The notes under the pieces: generated by a model
Databases searched by the model: none
What the model saw: the letters and a program-made list of their open reading frames with translations, nothing else
Told to the model about the DNA's origin: nothing
In this document: in pieces, positions 60,966 to 64,000 of the stretch
How the letters are laid out: the number at the start of each line of letters is the position of its first letter
Numbering within the stretch: position 1 is the stretch's first letter
Assembly: GCA_965238175.1 (NCBI GenBank)
Contig: CBDEGZ010000003.1
Coordinates: forward strand, 2,400,001 to 2,464,000
DNA length: 64,000 bases
Source: Gammaproteobacteria bacterium
GTDB lineage: Bacteria > Pseudomonadota > Gammaproteobacteria > CAJXQU01
Direction of reading: 5' to 3'
Position numbers and translations under genes: made by a program

Positions 60966-61679
60966 TTACTCAGCAACAGGATGATTTATGGCATTTGTGT
61001 CACTAATAGCAGCCTTATAAATTACGAAACCAAAGATGATCTTGTTTAAAAAATCAGCTAGGTTATAAATAATGTTGAGACTGTTAGTATCAACCCCTCC
61101 ACCCAGGTTATTGATAAAGTATCCGAGTGGATAAATTGCCCAACCGATAGTGACGATCAACCGTAATCCGTTAAATGCCATATGCGTTGCCTCGTTACCG
61201 CTTTCAGTATTAACGCGTCCAGCCTCACCCATATAGAGCTCACCGAGAATGTACAGCCAACCGACCACACCGATAATGAAACCCAAAGTTGCACTCATAT
61301 AACCTGCCGCACCCAGGAACTCACCAATAACCATAACCAATGATCCAATTAGCAAACGCCAAAATAAGGCTGGCGACACCTCTGTCACAGCCGCTAGCAC
61401 CACGTAAAACAGCACCACCTGCATTGAATGCGACAGTACCCAATCCACATAGCGCAAAATAATCGGCGCAGTACCCGTATCCACCCACATGCTTTTTGTG
61501 TAGTGATAAAAAATAGCGGAAACCAGCATCACAACACCGAGCAATGTCATCGTCGTGTGCCATCGGCTGTCCACCCTGTTTCTTTCCAGCAGGAAAAAAA
61601 TGGTGGCTCCGATCATGGCCATTGACAATAGCCAGAATGATCCACCTACTACGTCTGTTGGTAATAACATCTTGTTCAT
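60966..61679 (-). CDS. Proteorhodopsin-like microbial opsin, flotillin-associated type, D-S-L motif
   Basis: Seven hydrophobic segments; SFWLLSMAM..AT.FF..ER, RYVDW, GWAIYPLGY, NIIYNLADFLNKIIFG (Schiff-base Lys213 retained). Confidence 0.92.
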   Translation of the reverse strand: MNKMLLPTDVVGGSFWLLSMAMIGATIFFLLERNRVDSRWHTTMTLLGVVMLVSAIFYHYTKSMWVDTGTAPIILRYVDWVLSHSMQVVLFYVVLAAVTEVSPALFWRLLIGSLVMVIGEFLGAAGYMSATLGFIIGVVGWLYILGELYMGEAGRVNTESGNEATHMAFNGLRLIVTIGWAIYPLGYFINNLGGGVDTNSLNIIYNLADFLNKIIFGFVIYKAAISDTNAINHPVAE

Positions 61680-61750
61680 GAAAGCCCTCTACTATCTATT
61701 TTATTTATTAAAACAATGACATACATGCTGTCGTCATGCCTTTCACATCT

Positions 61751-63175
61751 TTATATCTGCGTCCGTATGTGCGGTGAACGTGCATACAAGGCCACCATCG
61801 GCAGAATCAGCAAACCAAACACGAATTGCTGCCCTTCAAAACTCAAACCGATACCCACAAGAAACGACGACAGTACTTGTAGAACAAGCACACCAATGAC
61901 CGTGAATCCATAGCCGCCAATACCACCAAGCAAGGAAGTCCCCCCTACAACAACCGCAGCCAGCGTCATGAACAAATACTGATCGCCCACACCGATAAAA
62001 GCACCGCCACTCCAACCCAGCAGCAAAGCGCCAGTCAAAGCTGAAATCAAACCGCTGATGCAATACACACCCACCCAGTAGGAGTGCTCTGAAATTGACA
62101 AGCGTGCAGCTGCTATTCGACCGCCACCCAAGGCGTAGAGATTTCTTCCCCAGCTTGAATTACGTAATCCAAAAATCAGAATGATGGCCGCCAGGATCCA
62201 GACAACAACAACCGGCGGAATACTAATACCGGCGATGCTGCCATTGACAGAGGCAATATTAGTTAACCAATTAGGAACAACACCGAACACGGTGCCACCG
62301 GAGCCAAGAGTAGTGATAGTTTGAACACCACCAGAGACAGCAAAACCAACCCCCAGTGTCAGGATGAGGGCCTGCCCCTGTAGTTTGAAACTCAATAGAC
62401 CGTTGACAAGCCCAATGGCGGCACCAACCAGCAGCACCGCAAGGATGGCAAGCCAGGGTGGGATGCCCATGTTGAGCAGGAACATCAAACCAACGTTCGA
62501 ACCACCGATAACAAAGGGAATGGATAGATCCAAGCCGCCCAGCAAAGCAACCAGTGTTTGCCCGATACAAGCCAGCCCCAAAAACGAAGCAAACAGCAGC
62601 ATTGATTTGAGATTCAACGTAGAAAGAAATCCCTCTACAACCAAGATACCAATAATAAAAAGCCCAATAAGAACGGTGAGACCCAAGTAAGCACTTTTAT
62701 TATTTTTAACGTTTTTATTAATAACAATGCCAATAACAATCAGCAGGACAAATACAAGTGCCGCGAGGATATTAGACGGTTGAAAGAAGTCCTCGACAGC
62801 AGCACCAACGGCAAAGAAAAGGGCGATCCCGAGCAAAATACCAATCAAGGCACCCTTGTATCTGGAGATAAGTAAACTAAAATAACTTTGTTCGTGCTCA
62901 TCCTCATCACCAGGTTTTACTTCTGCTGCTGCAACTGGCTCAACTGCTTCAGCCTCTGTTGTGCTGATGGCTATTGCATCATCACGATATATCCAGCGCA
63001 CTGAAAAGTGGTGCCAACCCCATAAAATGAGACCGAAGATTGCAACCGTGTAGAAAACAATGTGTTGTGTAGGCATATCATCAAGCGATCCCAGTACAGC
63101 ACTGACCCCAGCGACTAGCATTGCGATAACTAAACCCAGTCCCTTGTAAAACGAAAAGGCGCCTCTGGTGCTCAT
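61751..63175 (-). CDS. Sugar-type ABC transporter permease (RbsC-like) with N-terminal TM extension
   Basis: GQTLVALLGGLDLS, LILTLG, GRNLYALGG...AARLS, AAVVVGGTSLLGG.G. Confidence 0.85.
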   Translation of the reverse strand: MSTRGAFSFYKGLGLVIAMLVAGVSAVLGSLDDMPTQHIVFYTVAIFGLILWGWHHFSVRWIYRDDAIAISTTEAEAVEPVAAAEVKPGDEDEHEQSYFSLLISRYKGALIGILLGIALFFAVGAAVEDFFQPSNILAALVFVLLIVIGIVINKNVKNNKSAYLGLTVLIGLFIIGILVVEGFLSTLNLKSMLLFASFLGLACIGQTLVALLGGLDLSIPFVIGGSNVGLMFLLNMGIPPWLAILAVLLVGAAIGLVNGLLSFKLQGQALILTLGVGFAVSGGVQTITTLGSGGTVFGVVPNWLTNIASVNGSIAGISIPPVVVVWILAAIILIFGLRNSSWGRNLYALGGGRIAAARLSISEHSYWVGVYCISGLISALTGALLLGWSGGAFIGVGDQYLFMTLAAVVVGGTSLLGGIGGYGFTVIGVLVLQVLSSFLVGIGLSFEGQQFVFGLLILPMVALYARSPHIRTQI

Positions 63176-63211
63176 TTTATTTGCTCTTATCCTCCTCTAT
63201 ACGCATAATGA

Positions 63212-64000
63212 TTACCTTTCCCACGGACTAATTGCATCATCGCGTTTTTCGCCGACGATGTAGGTGTTGATTATGTGCATAACGTTTGGTGCTGTAATAA
63301 TCGACATACCGATAACCGCCAGGATTTTCCACAGCGGAACACCGATTGCGTAAAACAGACCGCTCCAGGCTAACGTGGCTAAAGCAGCGATATGCCAGTA
63401 ACGCCAAAAACTACGGAAACTGGATTCGCCCATCGCCATACGAAGGAAGATATGCAACATAAGAATAATGAAACCGCAGTAAGCCAACTCTGAAAATATC
63501 GCCATATCTGAGACGCCCACACCAACTCTGGCAGGGTCGGAATACTCGATGGCTGGTAGTTCCATAGGTGTCACACCCGTGCGAATAACAGGTTCGGCAT
63601 AACCCGCCCCTTGAGCGATCACGTCAGCAGGTATACCGCTACCGCTGGCGAAGAAATACACAACAATGACGGCTAGCACCGCTAAGGCACCAATGAACAG
63701 GTTATTAATATTGTGCAGTTTGGTTTGTACCAGCGGCGCCGTGATGGCGAACAACAGCGCGCCGACCAGAATAATGGCATATATTTCACCGGACAGTTGA
63801 CCAGCCAAATAGCCCTTGTCCGCATCTGAGAAGAACATGGCGCCAACAGCAATGACTGCAACCGCACCACCAAATAGAATCATTGCAACGCGTTTTGTGC
63901 GAATTGCCACCTGTGGCAGCATCACCAGAACGATCAAGGAAGTCAGTAGTACAGTACCCAACACCCCCATCAGCACATAGGTAGATTGAGCCACCGATTC
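63212..64000 (-). CDS. Polytopic membrane protein, 3' part (starts beyond window); likely C-terminal extension of another ABC permease
   Basis: Frame is open to the window end; multiple TM helices; co-oriented directly upstream of the permease. Confidence 0.55.
   Translation of the reverse strand, partial: ESVAQSTYVLMGVLGTVLLTSLIVLVMLPQVAIRTKRVAMILFGGAVAVIAVGAMFFSDADKGYLAGQLSGEIYAIILVGALLFAITAPLVQTKLHNINNLFIGALAVLAVIVVYFFASGSGIPADVIAQGAGYAEPVIRTGVTPMELPAIEYSDPARVGVGVSDMAIFSELAYCGFIILMLHIFLRMAMGESSFRSFWRYWHIAALATLAWSGLFYAIGVPLWKILAVIGMSIITAPNVMHIINTYIVGEKRDDAISPWER

Noticed and set aside
60966-61679. Canonical proton-pumping proteorhodopsin implying phototrophy
   Set aside because: It lacks the E108, His75 and helix C Pro equivalents, and has no adjacent retinal-synthesis genes in the window
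1-64000. tRNA, rRNA, riboswitch, prophage or integron
   Set aside because: None recognised by eye; tRNAscan-SE and Infernal/Rfam would be needed to exclude small RNAs

Overview
AT-rich (roughly 40% GC by eye) gammaproteobacterial chromosome segment, probably from an aquatic organism, in four blocks. (1) 1-4465: core genes gyrA-pheA-hisC (hisC partial), followed by an intact IS481-family element (4732-5957, 7-bp target duplication). (2) 5986-32674: a flagellar region with gamma-type regulators (fleQ, fleS, fleR; sigma54 and sigma28 promoters), fliEFGHIJ and flgJKL. The usual fliC-flaG-fliD-fliS-fliT block is replaced by two alphaproteobacterial-style flagellins, a divergent flagellin-like ORF, flbT and flaF. 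A glycosylation island sits beside it: a 2459-aa tandem TPR/GT41-GT-GT2-methyltransferase protein and a TylF-family O-methyltransferase. (3) 32949-41717: a lipid/beta-oxidation operon (acyltransferase-hydrolase fusion, fadE, fadI, fadJ) ending in an acyl-CoA ligase cut at its P-loop by an ERIC-like palindrome. (4) 41755-64000: an accessory amide/amine-nitrogen catabolic region. It holds a PuuR/PauR-like regulator, ald, an omega-aminotransferase, a frameshifted bauB and a PxpA/biotin-carboxylase/PxpB/PxpC module. It also holds a co-oriented minus-strand run of ABC permeases, a proteorhodopsin-like opsin with a non-pumping D-S-L motif and polar retinal-pocket substitutions, flotillin, a Na+/solute symporter, an N,N-dimethylformamidase-like enzyme with two small-subunit paralogs, and a porin. 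The opsin-flotillin-amidase operon and the hybrid alpha/gamma flagellar filament module are the best candidates for undescribed biology. All assignments come from motif recognition by eye; no database searches were run.
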